Virus record (IMG/VR): IMGVR_UViG_3300010157_000064
Span: 1 to 63,556 of that record
DNA from: a virus
Lineage: Duplodnaviria; Caudoviricetes
DNA: 63,556 nt
Reading direction: 5' to 3' (one strand)
Position numbers and translations under genes: made by a program. Each line of letters starts with the position of its first letter. Within the stretch, counting starts at the first letter, position 1. This document shows positions 9,535 to 19,262 of this stretch, one piece after another. The notes beneath the pieces were generated by a model. It ran no database searches. It had not been told where the DNA came from and worked only from the letters and a program-made list of their open reading frames with translations.

Positions 9535-10200
9535 CTATTTTGAAATCTCAGAATTCCAATCTATTTTATCATCATTTGGTTTGGGTAAAACGGGCTGTTT
9601 AATCATTAAAGGTTCTTTTTTCTTTCCAGTATCGCACTCAAATTGGTCGATCAGTTGAAGTGCAGAAGGATTATAAACAACAACATGCTGTCTTGTGTTG
9701 TGCTGGTGTGCCCAGAAATCTATTTTATCGTGTAGTTTGTAACCCCAATCTTCACTGCTATGTACATCGTTTTTTGTATATCCTATCAAATTGTTGACGC
9801 CTAACGCCTCAAGCTGATTATACACATAATGTTCTTTAGATGCACAATATTTCCAAATAGGATGTTCCGGCCAAAAACCAGTTACCAGACCTCTACTTCC
9901 CTCTTTGATAGTAGCTAAAACAACGTGATCGCCCCAAAGGTCTGCGTAATCCTTACAGCTTTTCATTGCAAATCCTTTTGGATCTTGTCCGGGAGGAATA
10001 ATTCCAAAATACAATCCTGGTCCGTACATCTGATCATCGCTAGTATCACCATATTTTTTGTAATAATTTGCTACGTTGCGATGTTTGTCTTGAAGTTGAA
10101 ATCCAACCTTCTTTATAGAATCTGATCCCTCTTGTCGCACCGCTTTCATAAGCACAATTTGATTAGACGATTCTGTGAGCAGCCAATTTTTAAAATCCAT
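9535..10200 (-). CDS. ADP-ribosyltransferase-like protein with capsid-targeting-like N-terminus
   Basis: MDFKNWLLTE; SIKKVGF...MYGPGLYF and VVVYNP resemble PARP-like ART motifs. Confidence 0.5.
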   Translation of the reverse strand: MDFKNWLLTESSNQIVLMKAVRQEGSDSIKKVGFQLQDKHRNVANYYKKYGDTSDDQMYGPGLYFGIIPPGQDPKGFAMKSCKDYADLWGDHVVLATIKEGSRGLVTGFWPEHPIWKYCASKEHYVYNQLEALGVNNLIGYTKNDVHSSEDWGYKLHDKIDFWAHQHNTRQHVVVYNPSALQLIDQFECDTGKKKEPLMIKQPVLPKPNDDKIDWNSEISK

Positions 10201-10221
10201 ACAATTATATAGAGTAACAAC

Positions 10222-10252
10222 AAAAAAACCCAGCAATCTTTCGACTGCTGGG
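10222..10252 (-). terminator. rho-independent terminator
   Basis: Minus strand CCCAGCAGTC-GAAA-GATTGCTGGG followed by T7, downstream of 10276..10701. Confidence 0.8.
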
Positions 10253-10275
10253 CTATTTGAACTATTTATTTAAAA

Positions 10276-10701
10276 TTAATAGCAATATTCGTAACTAAAA
10301 GCTCCGCCTGCTTTGATAATTACCCAATCATAACGATGGTCATTCTCTGAACCGCCGTGTAGAACGAACCCGCTAAGTTTAGCATCTAGTGGCCATTCGT
10401 TATTATTATCGTCTAGATTGTCGCCATACTGATCTAGCTTTTCAGTGTGTGAAGGACGATATCCTGAACCATCGTTGTTAGCCCAATCGGTTTGTGTTAC
10501 CAAAATAACATATTTATCAGGGCTAGATGGTAGACTTGGAAATGTTATAAGAGTCTGCCAGCACTCATCGTTGTATACTTGACCAGCAAGTACAATGTGT
10601 GGGCCGTTTAGACTTTGATAAATATTTCTTCCGTTACCTGGACCTTTATTTAGTCCTTCAGATGAACCAGTACCAGTTCCTTGAGTTGTTGTAGCTGACA
10701 T
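10276..10701 (-). CDS. hypothetical protein, possibly virion decoration or fibre
   Basis: 141 aa, AAGGAG SD, Gly/Thr-rich N-terminus, followed by terminator. Confidence 0.55.
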   Translation of the reverse strand: MSATTTQGTGTGSSEGLNKGPGNGRNIYQSLNGPHIVLAGQVYNDECWQTLITFPSLPSSPDKYVILVTQTDWANNDGSGYRPSHTEKLDQYGDNLDDNNNEWPLDAKLSGFVLHGGSENDHRYDWVIIKAGGAFSYEYCY

Positions 10702-10723
10702 TTTTATACTCCTTTATTTAAAG

Positions 10724-11071
10724 TTAAGCTTTAACGACCATGAAAACCATGTAATCTTCAACCATTTCGGCTGAAACTACGTTGTAAGAAACACCTTCTG
10801 ATTCGACAAGAACAGTTAGGTTTGCACATTCAGTAGCATTAACAGTTGAAAGAACTTTGAGTGCTTTTTTGCAAGTGTCAACAACAGCTTCTACAGCTAA
10901 CTTGACAACAACAACGGATACTTCTGCACCGTTTACAGTCTTTGATGCTTTTACAATCTCTTTAACGTTTGAAAGAGATTTGATTGCATTCTTAGGACCA
11001 TTGCCAGACTTAACAGTCATTTTTGCTTTCTGGTCTACATTAACATTATCTAGAAATGTTTTGAAATCCAT
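10724..11071 (-). CDS. hypothetical protein
   Basis: AAGGAG SD; MDFKTFLD N-terminus (weak targeting-motif match). Confidence 0.55.
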   Translation of the reverse strand: MDFKTFLDNVNVDQKAKMTVKSGNGPKNAIKSLSNVKEIVKASKTVNGAEVSVVVVKLAVEAVVDTCKKALKVLSTVNATECANLTVLVESEGVSYNVVSAEMVEDYMVFMVVKA

Positions 11072-11199
11072 ATTTTACTCCTTTAAAATAAAACTAGCAA
11101 CCACCTTGGTCGCCTAATGTATATATATTCAATTTAAAGCAATTTTTTTATCTAAAATTTAATTGATTGTGAAAAATTGTTAGATTGGGGCTGATTTTT

Positions 11200-11367
11200 T
11201 TAAATTGTTTTTAAAATTTCTTTAGCCTTGTCCAATTCTTCTTGCGTTTTAAATTTTAAAGTTGTCACAGAATCTTTTGTTTCTAAAATCCTGCTGGCTA
11301 CATTTTCTTCATTGAGAATATCTCTGAATTTTTCAAGTTTTTCATTAGCAACATCTAAATTAAACAT
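11200..11367 (-). CDS. small hypothetical protein (55 aa, not in ORF track)
   Basis: AAGGAG SD then MFNLDVANEKLEKFRDILNEEN...KEILKTI*. Confidence 0.6.
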   Translation of the reverse strand: MFNLDVANEKLEKFRDILNEENVASRILETKDSVTTLKFKTQEELDKAKEILKTI

Positions 11368-11376
11368 TTTTCTCCT

Positions 11377-14300
11377 TCAAGATTTTAATATTGATTCAAG
11401 TAAGTGGTTCCATCCGCCATCCCATTCTCCTCGGGGAGCTTCATTATATAAATCCCAACCCAAAACATATATTTTGCCGCCTCCATAAGGAATCATAGTG
11501 ACCACTGATTGATCGCTTCCATCACCTTCGTAAATAGTAATTGAACCCTCAGGAAGTGTTTCTTTGCTTATTGAAGATGTAGCACTCCAAGAGGGAATTG
11601 TATTACTTTCTTGTGGAAAAAGTTCAGCACCAGCCTGTGTTAAATTAATTGGTTCAGTAGCACCGCTAGTATCTAAATCAAATCCGAAAACAGCGTTTAA
11701 TACAATTGGTAGATCTCCAAAGCTATTTGGATGAAACATAATAAGCTTTCCACCATTATAAACAAGGCCCGCTATGGCAGATCTAATATCGTTAGTTAAA
11801 TCAGGATTTAAGTCGCCTTTTTCTAACTCCGGTATGATAATGGTGCCTTCCAAGCTAACTTCTGAAAATGATGTGAATGTTTTATGAGAAATTCCAACAC
11901 TATTCATAAAATCAATAAGATTGTTTACTTCGTGGCTGTGGCTACTTCCGAGATCTGCAACGTAATCGACATAATTGTTGTTAATAAAAACACTAATTAA
12001 TACTTGCTTTTTTAGAATTGAACCAAGTGCATCGGCCAAAGTTTTAGGAACTTGGCTAAAAATTTCTCCATCTTTACTTGATACAACTTTTCTGTTTCCG
12101 CAACTATCAACAATCTCAAAATAACCAGTTCTTTGAATGGAGACACGCTTGCCAGTTATCGGGGCAATCACCAATGAAGTATCCATGTTGCCTTCGCCGT
12201 CAAAACGATAATTAGGAAATTTATCTGGATTATCTGGACTTAAGTCCAATTCATACGTTGCTGTGCTGCAATCATTAGTACCTAGTCCTATTACTTCCAA
12301 GAACTTAGCTGCAATAGCTTTTGCCCCTTCGGTTGTCATTGCCACTGCATTAGCTTTACCCAGACAAAGAAAGAATAGTTTTGTTTTTCCCTCAAGCCCG
12401 GTGATGCAGTGCTCATCTCCCCTTGCGGTTGGATCGTAAAACTGCTCGATTCCATCTCCTTTACCATCAACGATTATGATGTGGTTTATAGAAGGATCAC
12501 CATCGCCATAATTGGTCTTAAAATAGGCGGTGTAAGTGTTACCACCAGCATTTATTGGATAGATATCAACTGCATCGACACCATCTCCATCCGTGCCTAT
12601 ATTGCCGGTTATTGAAAACTGCGTGATGTTGATATTGTTTGCCACAAGCACGAACATGCCGGGAAACATAGCTGTGAAGTAGCTGCTCCCTTCACCGAAA
12701 TATCCATCCCCGACCACAACACGACTGTCGCAAACAGGAAGATATCTATACTCGTCCAACCCTGGATCATAAAAGTCTTCTTCTGGGTCATCATCCCATG
12801 CTTGAGTGTGAGTGGAAGGAATGCTACTGTTAGTGTTAAGCCCACAAATAACTCCGGCTTCGGGACATCCACAAGCTCCTTCGCCGCCGCTGATAACATT
12901 ATCTCCACCGGGATTGCCATTGCTTTCGCCTCCATAACACTTAATATAAAGATAAGGAAGGGTCAGATTGGTATTTAAGTAATTTGCTCCGTCGTACATG
13001 TCGTCCATGCCATCATTTATTCCCATCTGCTTGAAAGCAGGCAGAACGCTCCACTCTTGCAGCACCCCATTTGTGTCCAATTTGGCATACTGAAATCTTG
13101 CTGCATGGTTGTAGTCAGTAAAGCTTCCAGCTACATATATGTTTCCAACTGAATCTAATTTGATGTCGTTTGTTGCTGGTCCCCAATTATAACCTGCGGG
13201 AGTAAATCCAAATACACTATTGAAACTTTCATCTTTAGAACCATCAGAATTCAACCTAAATATTTCATTTGCACTGGATCCATCTGCAAGGTTAAAGTAT
13301 CCTCCAACAATTACTTTCCCATTTTCTTGTTGGGCTATTGATGTTACAGTTCCAATATTAGTGTTGCTATTATATAAATTTGCTGCATACGACTCATCCA
13401 GAGAACCATCACTATTTAATCTAACCAATCCATTATTGCATTGGGTTCCATTGTAGTATTTGCTACTGTGTCCAGCTAATATCTGTCCATTTGATAATGG
13501 AAGTATTGAAAAAACTCCATTCTGTTGAAAGGTATTGCCAGTGAAACCAGTTCCCGGTTCAAAAGAACTATCTACCGATCCATCGCTGTTAAGCCTCTTG
13601 ATTGCTTCTGAGAAAGTTCCTCCAATTAGTATTTTGCCATTGCTATCAATAGCAATTGTGGAGACAGAATCACTCAAACCTAGGCTTAAAACATTGGTAG
13701 CAAAACCTTCATCTATAACTCCATCGCTGTCTATTTTTGCCAAATAAGGGGATTCTACATTATCATAATGAGTAAAATGTCCTCCAACTAAAACACTATC
13801 ATCGTTCAATAATTTTATTGCATAAACTTGTAAGGGAACACCACTTATTGCCCTGTCCTCAAAGCCAACATCTCCACCATCTCTCTTACTCAGAGAACCA
13901 TCAGTTTTCAAGCAAACCATTCCACCAATATTTACTATATTGCCGTCTATTGTTGGGTTCCAATTTGGCTGTGATATTGTTATTGGGAAAGCAGGATTCA
14001 ATGTTATGTTGCTGTCGAGTCCAACTACCCAGTAATTTGAAGATTCATTAAAATAAGAGCTAATTACGGTTCTTGTACTAGAATCTTGGAATGTCACGGT
14101 CCAACCCACTTCGACTATATTTGCAGAATAAGGCAGAAGTAGTCCATTTCCATTCAAGCCGGTTCCACCTTGATAGTCAGCATCAAAGGTTATTGATCCG
14201 CTGTTGGATGGTCCATCAAACCTTTCAACATTAAGAAAATTGCCGCCCACAACCAACCTTCCATCACTCATCTGAACAACGCTGTTTACCATTCCGTTAA

Positions 14301-15243
14301 GTCCAAAAGATGGAGGAGTGAACGATTCATCTTCATTTCCACTAACATCTATTCTTCTTAAATATTTTGATCCATCAAGTGTTCCCGACAGCCCACCAAC
14401 CACAATTTTGCCGTCTTCTTGTATGCATACTGTTGTGCCAATTCCTAATTCATTGAAATTAGGGTCTATGCCATTTCCTTCTCCCATGTCTATGTCAGCA
14501 TCGTCTGAGAACAAAAATGGACCCTCAACAAGATCAGTTACTTGAGAATAACCCGTCTTGAGACCGGTAAGCTGGGCATTTAATTCTGTGTCGTCGGAGA
14601 TGCCATTTGCTTCATAAACATTGATAGTGAGGTTTGTGAAGTATGCCGTGCCTTCATCGTAGTCAGCATCAAATCCAATTCTGTAAGGACCTCCATCCAT
14701 CAACTTCTCATGTAAAACAATGGTGTCAAGAACAGTTCCCAAGGTGTTCGCTCCCTCATAGGTGGCGGCAGTGACGGTTCTGGCGGCTGGGTTATATGTG
14801 ACCTTAAAGGTGTAGATGCCACTCCCTAGAACCTCAGAACCTGATTGGCCTGTGGAATTTCCATAATGCTCACCATCATTGTTTACAAACTTATTTGTTC
14901 CGTAAAGGAAAGGCACTGGGCAATTTATTTGAAATGCTATCCTTGATTGGTCGGGACTCCATTTCCAATTTGGAGAGTTGCCATCATTATAAAAACACAT
15001 GCCTTGATCTGAGCAAACGCTGTGATCGACTGTGAATATGACCTCGCAGGCCTGGTGTCCACTGATGCTCCAGTTGGTTCTTACGCTGTAGGCCGGCGCT
15101 AGCTCTAAAGGGCTAGCACTCCCAACGAAATACATACCATCAGGATCAAAACCAAAGTCAACATCTAAGGTTTTTCCAGTTGCATCACCATAGGTTCCGA
15201 GCCAATCTGGTTTCGAAGTGAGGTCGCTGGTGTATGTTTTCAT
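11377..15243 (-). CDS. delta-60 repeat beta-propeller protein, probable virion fibre/adhesin
   Basis: Repeated DGKIxVGG and RLNSDGSxDxSF motifs; 1288 aa, multi-domain. Confidence 0.75.
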   Translation of the reverse strand: MKTYTSDLTSKPDWLGTYGDATGKTLDVDFGFDPDGMYFVGSASPLELAPAYSVRTNWSISGHQACEVIFTVDHSVCSDQGMCFYNDGNSPNWKWSPDQSRIAFQINCPVPFLYGTNKFVNNDGEHYGNSTGQSGSEVLGSGIYTFKVTYNPAARTVTAATYEGANTLGTVLDTIVLHEKLMDGGPYRIGFDADYDEGTAYFTNLTINVYEANGISDDTELNAQLTGLKTGYSQVTDLVEGPFLFSDDADIDMGEGNGIDPNFNELGIGTTVCIQEDGKIVVGGLSGTLDGSKYLRRIDVSGNEDESFTPPSFGLNGMVNSVVQMSDGRLVVGGNFLNVERFDGPSNSGSITFDADYQGGTGLNGNGLLLPYSANIVEVGWTVTFQDSSTRTVISSYFNESSNYWVVGLDSNITLNPAFPITISQPNWNPTIDGNIVNIGGMVCLKTDGSLSKRDGGDVGFEDRAISGVPLQVYAIKLLNDDSVLVGGHFTHYDNVESPYLAKIDSDGVIDEGFATNVLSLGLSDSVSTIAIDSNGKILIGGTFSEAIKRLNSDGSVDSSFEPGTGFTGNTFQQNGVFSILPLSNGQILAGHSSKYYNGTQCNNGLVRLNSDGSLDESYAANLYNSNTNIGTVTSIAQQENGKVIVGGYFNLADGSSANEIFRLNSDGSKDESFNSVFGFTPAGYNWGPATNDIKLDSVGNIYVAGSFTDYNHAARFQYAKLDTNGVLQEWSVLPAFKQMGINDGMDDMYDGANYLNTNLTLPYLYIKCYGGESNGNPGGDNVISGGEGACGCPEAGVICGLNTNSSIPSTHTQAWDDDPEEDFYDPGLDEYRYLPVCDSRVVVGDGYFGEGSSYFTAMFPGMFVLVANNINITQFSITGNIGTDGDGVDAVDIYPINAGGNTYTAYFKTNYGDGDPSINHIIIVDGKGDGIEQFYDPTARGDEHCITGLEGKTKLFFLCLGKANAVAMTTEGAKAIAAKFLEVIGLGTNDCSTATYELDLSPDNPDKFPNYRFDGEGNMDTSLVIAPITGKRVSIQRTGYFEIVDSCGNRKVVSSKDGEIFSQVPKTLADALGSILKKQVLISVFINNNYVDYVADLGSSHSHEVNNLIDFMNSVGISHKTFTSFSEVSLEGTIIIPELEKGDLNPDLTNDIRSAIAGLVYNGGKLIMFHPNSFGDLPIVLNAVFGFDLDTSGATEPINLTQAGAELFPQESNTIPSWSATSSISKETLPEGSITIYEGDGSDQSVVTMIPYGGGKIYVLGWDLYNEAPRGEWDGGWNHLLESILKS

Positions 15244-15296
15244 GAAATCTCCTAAAAAAAATGCTTTAAATTATATATTGTTATTAATCTATTTCT

Positions 15297-16331
15297 TTAC
15301 GAAACACTAACCAAAGAAACAAATTCTTCAAATTTATACATTGGAAATTCATTTACATACTTTATTTTCACATTTATTGGCGAATTCAAAGTGTTTTTAA
15401 TCAAATCAATAAAATCTTCTTCTCTGTCCCCTAAAGGCTCCGAAATTATATGTGCTTCTAAATCATGTAGAGTAGTCTGCACTATTTTGTATCTTTTAAT
15501 TCCAAATCTTTCGTAATAATCTCTTGAACCAAAAAGAGGCCATTTTTTATCTCCATTTGGAAGAATAAACATATTTCTTACTCTTCCATTAATCTTTTCT
15601 ATAGCTTGCAGTCTTCTACCACATGTACATTCACCAAGTTCTATGTGGTCCCCGTGCTTGTACCTCTTAATGTAAGGATTAGTAGTAGTAGTTATGATTA
15701 TTCCACCATCAGAATCTACCTCTACTATTTGATTCTCCATAACATGATGAAAATTAGGATTATCAGGACATCTTATGGAAATAGTACCACACTCCTCGCT
15801 AGAGTACATAGATCCACCAGCTTCTCCTGTGCCCTTACAATCTATCAAATTAGATATCTTAGATAAATCTAGCTGGGCAACTATGGATGGAGCACAATGT
15901 AAATAGTGAGGATTCTTTTCTTCTAACCAACATTGAAGTTCTGATATCGGGGCGTATCCATTGACAAATGACTTTCCTTGATTTTTGTTAATACAAACGG
16001 GTATTCCCCAAGACTTCTTGTCTTGTTTTTCACGACCGGGTTTTATTATAGCTATATTCTTTGTTACGTCCCACTTTCTCCATCTAATCTCTCTTATATT
16101 TGTAGCAACATACCAAATATGATCAAGAATAGTCTTTTCCACAGTAACAGGCTCGCCAGTAGATCCAGAAGTTTTAGTAGAACTTAAATATTTTTTCATC
16201 TTTAAATTACGTAGATCACTTCTTGTCATAATCTTAAAACTAGAAGAGCATTCAAAGTTCACAGTGTGATTCCACTGCGAAATTTCAAAAAAGTTTAAAA
16301 GACTTTTTATTTTTTCATTTGTATTAATCAT
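15297..16331 (-). CDS. phenylacetate-CoA ligase / CapK-like adenylate-forming enzyme
   Basis: TSGSTGEP, YSSEECG, IKRYKHGD, CTCGR, INGRVRN. Confidence 0.75.
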   Translation of the reverse strand: MINTNEKIKSLLNFFEISQWNHTVNFECSSSFKIMTRSDLRNLKMKKYLSSTKTSGSTGEPVTVEKTILDHIWYVATNIREIRWRKWDVTKNIAIIKPGREKQDKKSWGIPVCINKNQGKSFVNGYAPISELQCWLEEKNPHYLHCAPSIVAQLDLSKISNLIDCKGTGEAGGSMYSSEECGTISIRCPDNPNFHHVMENQIVEVDSDGGIIITTTTNPYIKRYKHGDHIELGECTCGRRLQAIEKINGRVRNMFILPNGDKKWPLFGSRDYYERFGIKRYKIVQTTLHDLEAHIISEPLGDREEDFIDLIKNTLNSPINVKIKYVNEFPMYKFEEFVSLVSVS

Positions 16332-16367
16332 GGGGTTTAATATATAAGATACTATCAATATAATTAT

Positions 16368-16817
16368 ATGGAAATAAAAAAAGATACAGAATATTGGCAG
16401 AATTTGAGCCCTCCACTATGTCCAAACGACTACGAAATTAGTTTGTACAAAAAACATATAAAAGGATGCTCGCCCGTATGCCTTTTAGGCATGACTAAAG
16501 ACATGCAACCACTTTGCGACTATATGGTCGAATTGCATCCTACAAAACAATCGAAGCCAGTTATCAAAAAAAATTGGAACGAATTTGAAGAATATGCCGA
16601 CGCTATAATCGGGGACGGTGTTATAAACCTAGAAGGTTTGCAATTAGTTGAAAAAATGATGACTAAATGCAACAAATTAGTTTGTAGGGTTTTTCTTAAA
16701 AAATTCTCTTGGATGAAATACGCAACTCACTTTCCTCAAGAATTTCCAAATGCCAAAATAGTGATCCCCACTCAAGAAGATGTAGCCATGGTAGTTTGGG
16801 AGAATTCTACTATATAA
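16368..16817 (+). CDS. putative degenerate SAM-methyltransferase-like protein
   Basis: VCLLGMT ... DAIIGDG pattern. Confidence 0.35.
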   Translation: MEIKKDTEYWQNLSPPLCPNDYEISLYKKHIKGCSPVCLLGMTKDMQPLCDYMVELHPTKQSKPVIKKNWNEFEEYADAIIGDGVINLEGLQLVEKMMTKCNKLVCRVFLKKFSWMKYATHFPQEFPNAKIVIPTQEDVAMVVWENSTI

Positions 16818-16831
16818 AGCATAGGAGACTA

Positions 16832-17230
16832 ATGATTAAAATTATTGCACGCTCAGTTTTTTACAACTGGTTAATTCTTTTTGTAGGAATAGCACTAGGA
16901 TTCATATTTAATGCAGAATGGTCTGGTAGAAAATACGCTATTATCGAACATTCAATCAACAACATATTCTTTCCAGCAAATAAATACAACAAAGATGTTG
17001 AACAATATGTTCGATTTATGGGGTCTATTAGATTGAAAGACGCCCACGATTATCCAGAAGATTTTACCATTCTAAAAGATGAAATTTTAGACGAAGAGTT
17101 CTACAGTGCAACAATCAGATATACTGACCCTAAAACAGGCAAAATAGTAGAGAAAAAAGAAGGAACAAGGGTAAGATGGAGACCATGGGAATACTACTAC
17201 CAAGATGTAGAAAGAACATTAGCTAAATAA
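16832..17230 (+). CDS. membrane-anchored hypothetical protein
   Basis: AGGAG SD, N-terminal TM segment WLILFVGIALGFIF. Confidence 0.55.
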   Translation: MIKIIARSVFYNWLILFVGIALGFIFNAEWSGRKYAIIEHSINNIFFPANKYNKDVEQYVRFMGSIRLKDAHDYPEDFTILKDEILDEEFYSATIRYTDPKTGKIVEKKEGTRVRWRPWEYYYQDVERTLAK

Positions 17231-17737
17231 TCAACCAATTTTACCAGGAGGATTATAAGTTAATTCGTATTCGACCTTAGCAATACGATAATATTTGCCT
17301 TCATCTTCTTTTACTAAATAATCACCAGGTTTCAACACCATACTCTCTCCCCAAGGTGCCATAAAAGAAACAGCAACATTGCCTGTGTAAACCGCAACGT
17401 TTCTAGGAGATTGCTCAGGATGTACCGGTCCTCCCATATTACCAACATATAATTTAGGGAATTTAGCAGACTTCAAAACATATTGCTCTCTGCTAGGACC
17501 ACTCATTATTATATCATTTGGCTCTGCTGTGTTTTGAGTCTCTTTTCCATCGCTAGTCATTGTTACAACAGGCATCTGCTGGTTTGCAACAGCATAACTC
17601 ATAGGTGGCATGTTATCTGTAGACTGGACATATTGATACATTAATTTCTTCTTGGTTGTAGGCTGAAATTGTAAGCCACTAGCAATTTGATTAATGTCTA
17701 CTTGTTGATTTTCAAGCCACTGATGAAAAGTTTTCAT
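17231..17737 (-). CDS. PGDYG-like domain protein with capsid-targeting-like N-terminus
   Basis: MKTFHQWLE; APWGESMVLKPGDYLV. Confidence 0.6.
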   Translation of the reverse strand: MKTFHQWLENQQVDINQIASGLQFQPTTKKKLMYQYVQSTDNMPPMSYAVANQQMPVVTMTSDGKETQNTAEPNDIIMSGPSREQYVLKSAKFPKLYVGNMGGPVHPEQSPRNVAVYTGNVAVSFMAPWGESMVLKPGDYLVKEDEGKYYRIAKVEYELTYNPPGKIG

Positions 17738-17739
17738 TT

Positions 17740-18771
17740 TTAATAATTCTTTTTGATTCCTGATAGTATCGCCCACTCGTTCAAACTAGGGCCGTTATTG
17801 TCCGTGTGTGCAACTTGTTTTTGTTGTCCTTGTGTCCAATTAACTGCTCCTTTTTGCAATTCTTGTGCGAATTTTCCACCTGAATCTGTTTGTGGCATAA
17901 AATCTCTTTTAGATGCTCCGCTTATAGGCTTATTATTCTGTTGCATTTTAGAAACATTTTCCCAAATATACTGTTGAGCATAAGCAATTGGGTCTTGGCC
18001 CTGTGCAACTTGCGAGAAAGCTTGTTTAGCATTTTCACCCATATTTGTCGAAATGTATTCTTTAATTTGTTGTTCGCCCATCAACAATAGATTAGATCCC
18101 TTTACCTCAGCTGTGTTTATTTGTCCTGTTGTTGCTGCTATTGACAGCTGAACTATCTTTAATGCTAATTCTGGATCTGTAATACCATCCATGTTCATTG
18201 CTTGTATTTGAGCATTCGGGTTCATACAATATAATTGGCTCCACCGATGGTGGCCATCTATAATGTATTTTCCACCACATGTTACTATTGCCCCTCCTGG
18301 TGCAAACGTCCCACCTTTGATATAAGACAATATTGTTTGTGCGTTTTCTTTTTTTAATGGAAAAGAAAGAGATTTATCTACGTCTATCTCGTTCTGAGTG
18401 GGCGTTAAGGCGGCACACGATAGTGGTCCAGATGTAAATTTTACCATATCATCTTGAGCAACACGACCATCTTGCAATCCAGCCTGAATGAATGCTAAAA
18501 ATTTAGGGTCACTTACATTGCCTTTCAATTCTTTTACGAATTGTTCGTAATTTTTACCTAGCAAATTTTTTAATTTCCCATCCTCAGCAGGATCAGAACC
18601 CGGTTGTGCTTGCACATTGTTTGCGTTTTGCGAAGCAGCATTTTGTGCAGGATTCTGCATCTGTGGAGCAGCAGCATTTTGTGCAGGATTCTGCATCTGT
18701 GGAGCAGCAACGTTAGGCACAGCATTTGGAACTTGCTCTATGAGCTTTAACATTTCATAAAAATTTTTCAT
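17740..18771 (-). CDS. ParB/Srx-like domain protein with capsid-targeting-like N-terminus
   Basis: MKNFYEMLKLIE; LTPTQNEI, IIDGHHRW. Confidence 0.7.
   Translation of the reverse strand: MKNFYEMLKLIEQVPNAVPNVAAPQMQNPAQNAAAPQMQNPAQNAASQNANNVQAQPGSDPAEDGKLKNLLGKNYEQFVKELKGNVSDPKFLAFIQAGLQDGRVAQDDMVKFTSGPLSCAALTPTQNEIDVDKSLSFPLKKENAQTILSYIKGGTFAPGGAIVTCGGKYIIDGHHRWSQLYCMNPNAQIQAMNMDGITDPELALKIVQLSIAATTGQINTAEVKGSNLLLMGEQQIKEYISTNMGENAKQAFSQVAQGQDPIAYAQQYIWENVSKMQQNNKPISGASKRDFMPQTDSGGKFAQELQKGAVNWTQGQQKQVAHTDNNGPSLNEWAILSGIKKNY
18635..18706. repeat. 36-bp tandem duplication (coding AAPQMQNPAQNA)
   Basis: gcagcattttgtgcaggattctgcatctgtggagca x2. Confidence 0.9.
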
Positions 18772-18820
18772 TAAACCTTCTTTAAATTAAGAAATACGAT
18801 CTTGTATTTTAACTCAATAT

Positions 18821-19201
18821 TCATTCGCCAGGATGCCTACCGCCGCCGTATGATGGTAGATGGTAGATGGATGGTTGATTTATTTTATTTGGCCGGGGGC
18901 GGAAGGTATCCCGCTCCCTCTCTTTTTTTTCCATCTCTTTTCTGCGTTGTTCTCTCTCGTATTCTTTCAATGCAGAATCGTTACTAATTTTAAGAGCCAC
19001 TGCTTGCAATCTCTGCTTATACTCTTCATCATCAGCCGCATCAATTTCCCGTTGCAGTTCCTTTATACGCTCCTTTTCCGCAGTAGTTTTACCCATCATG
19101 CCAACGTTCTGCAGTGGCCTTCTTATAAACCCTGGAGTGTAATCCGCAATGCCTTCTTCTATTTTATTTCTTTCTTTTAACCATTCATTAAATTTTTTCA
19201 T
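18821..19201 (-). CDS. hypothetical protein with capsid-targeting-like N-terminus
   Basis: MKKFNEWLKERNKIEEG. Confidence 0.6.
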   Translation of the reverse strand: MKKFNEWLKERNKIEEGIADYTPGFIRRPLQNVGMMGKTTAEKERIKELQREIDAADDEEYKQRLQAVALKISNDSALKEYEREQRRKEMEKKERERDTFRPRPNKINQPSIYHLPSYGGGRHPGE

Positions 19202-19262
19202 AATATCCCTTCTAAAATACGACAAAATATATAGTTGCTAGGACAGATTTATTTTGACAGAC

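Noticed and set aside
12409-14545. Several short ORFs overlapping the delta-60 gene
   Set aside because: Antisense or alternate-frame shadows without SD or recognisable motifs; the same applies to most short nested ORFs in the track
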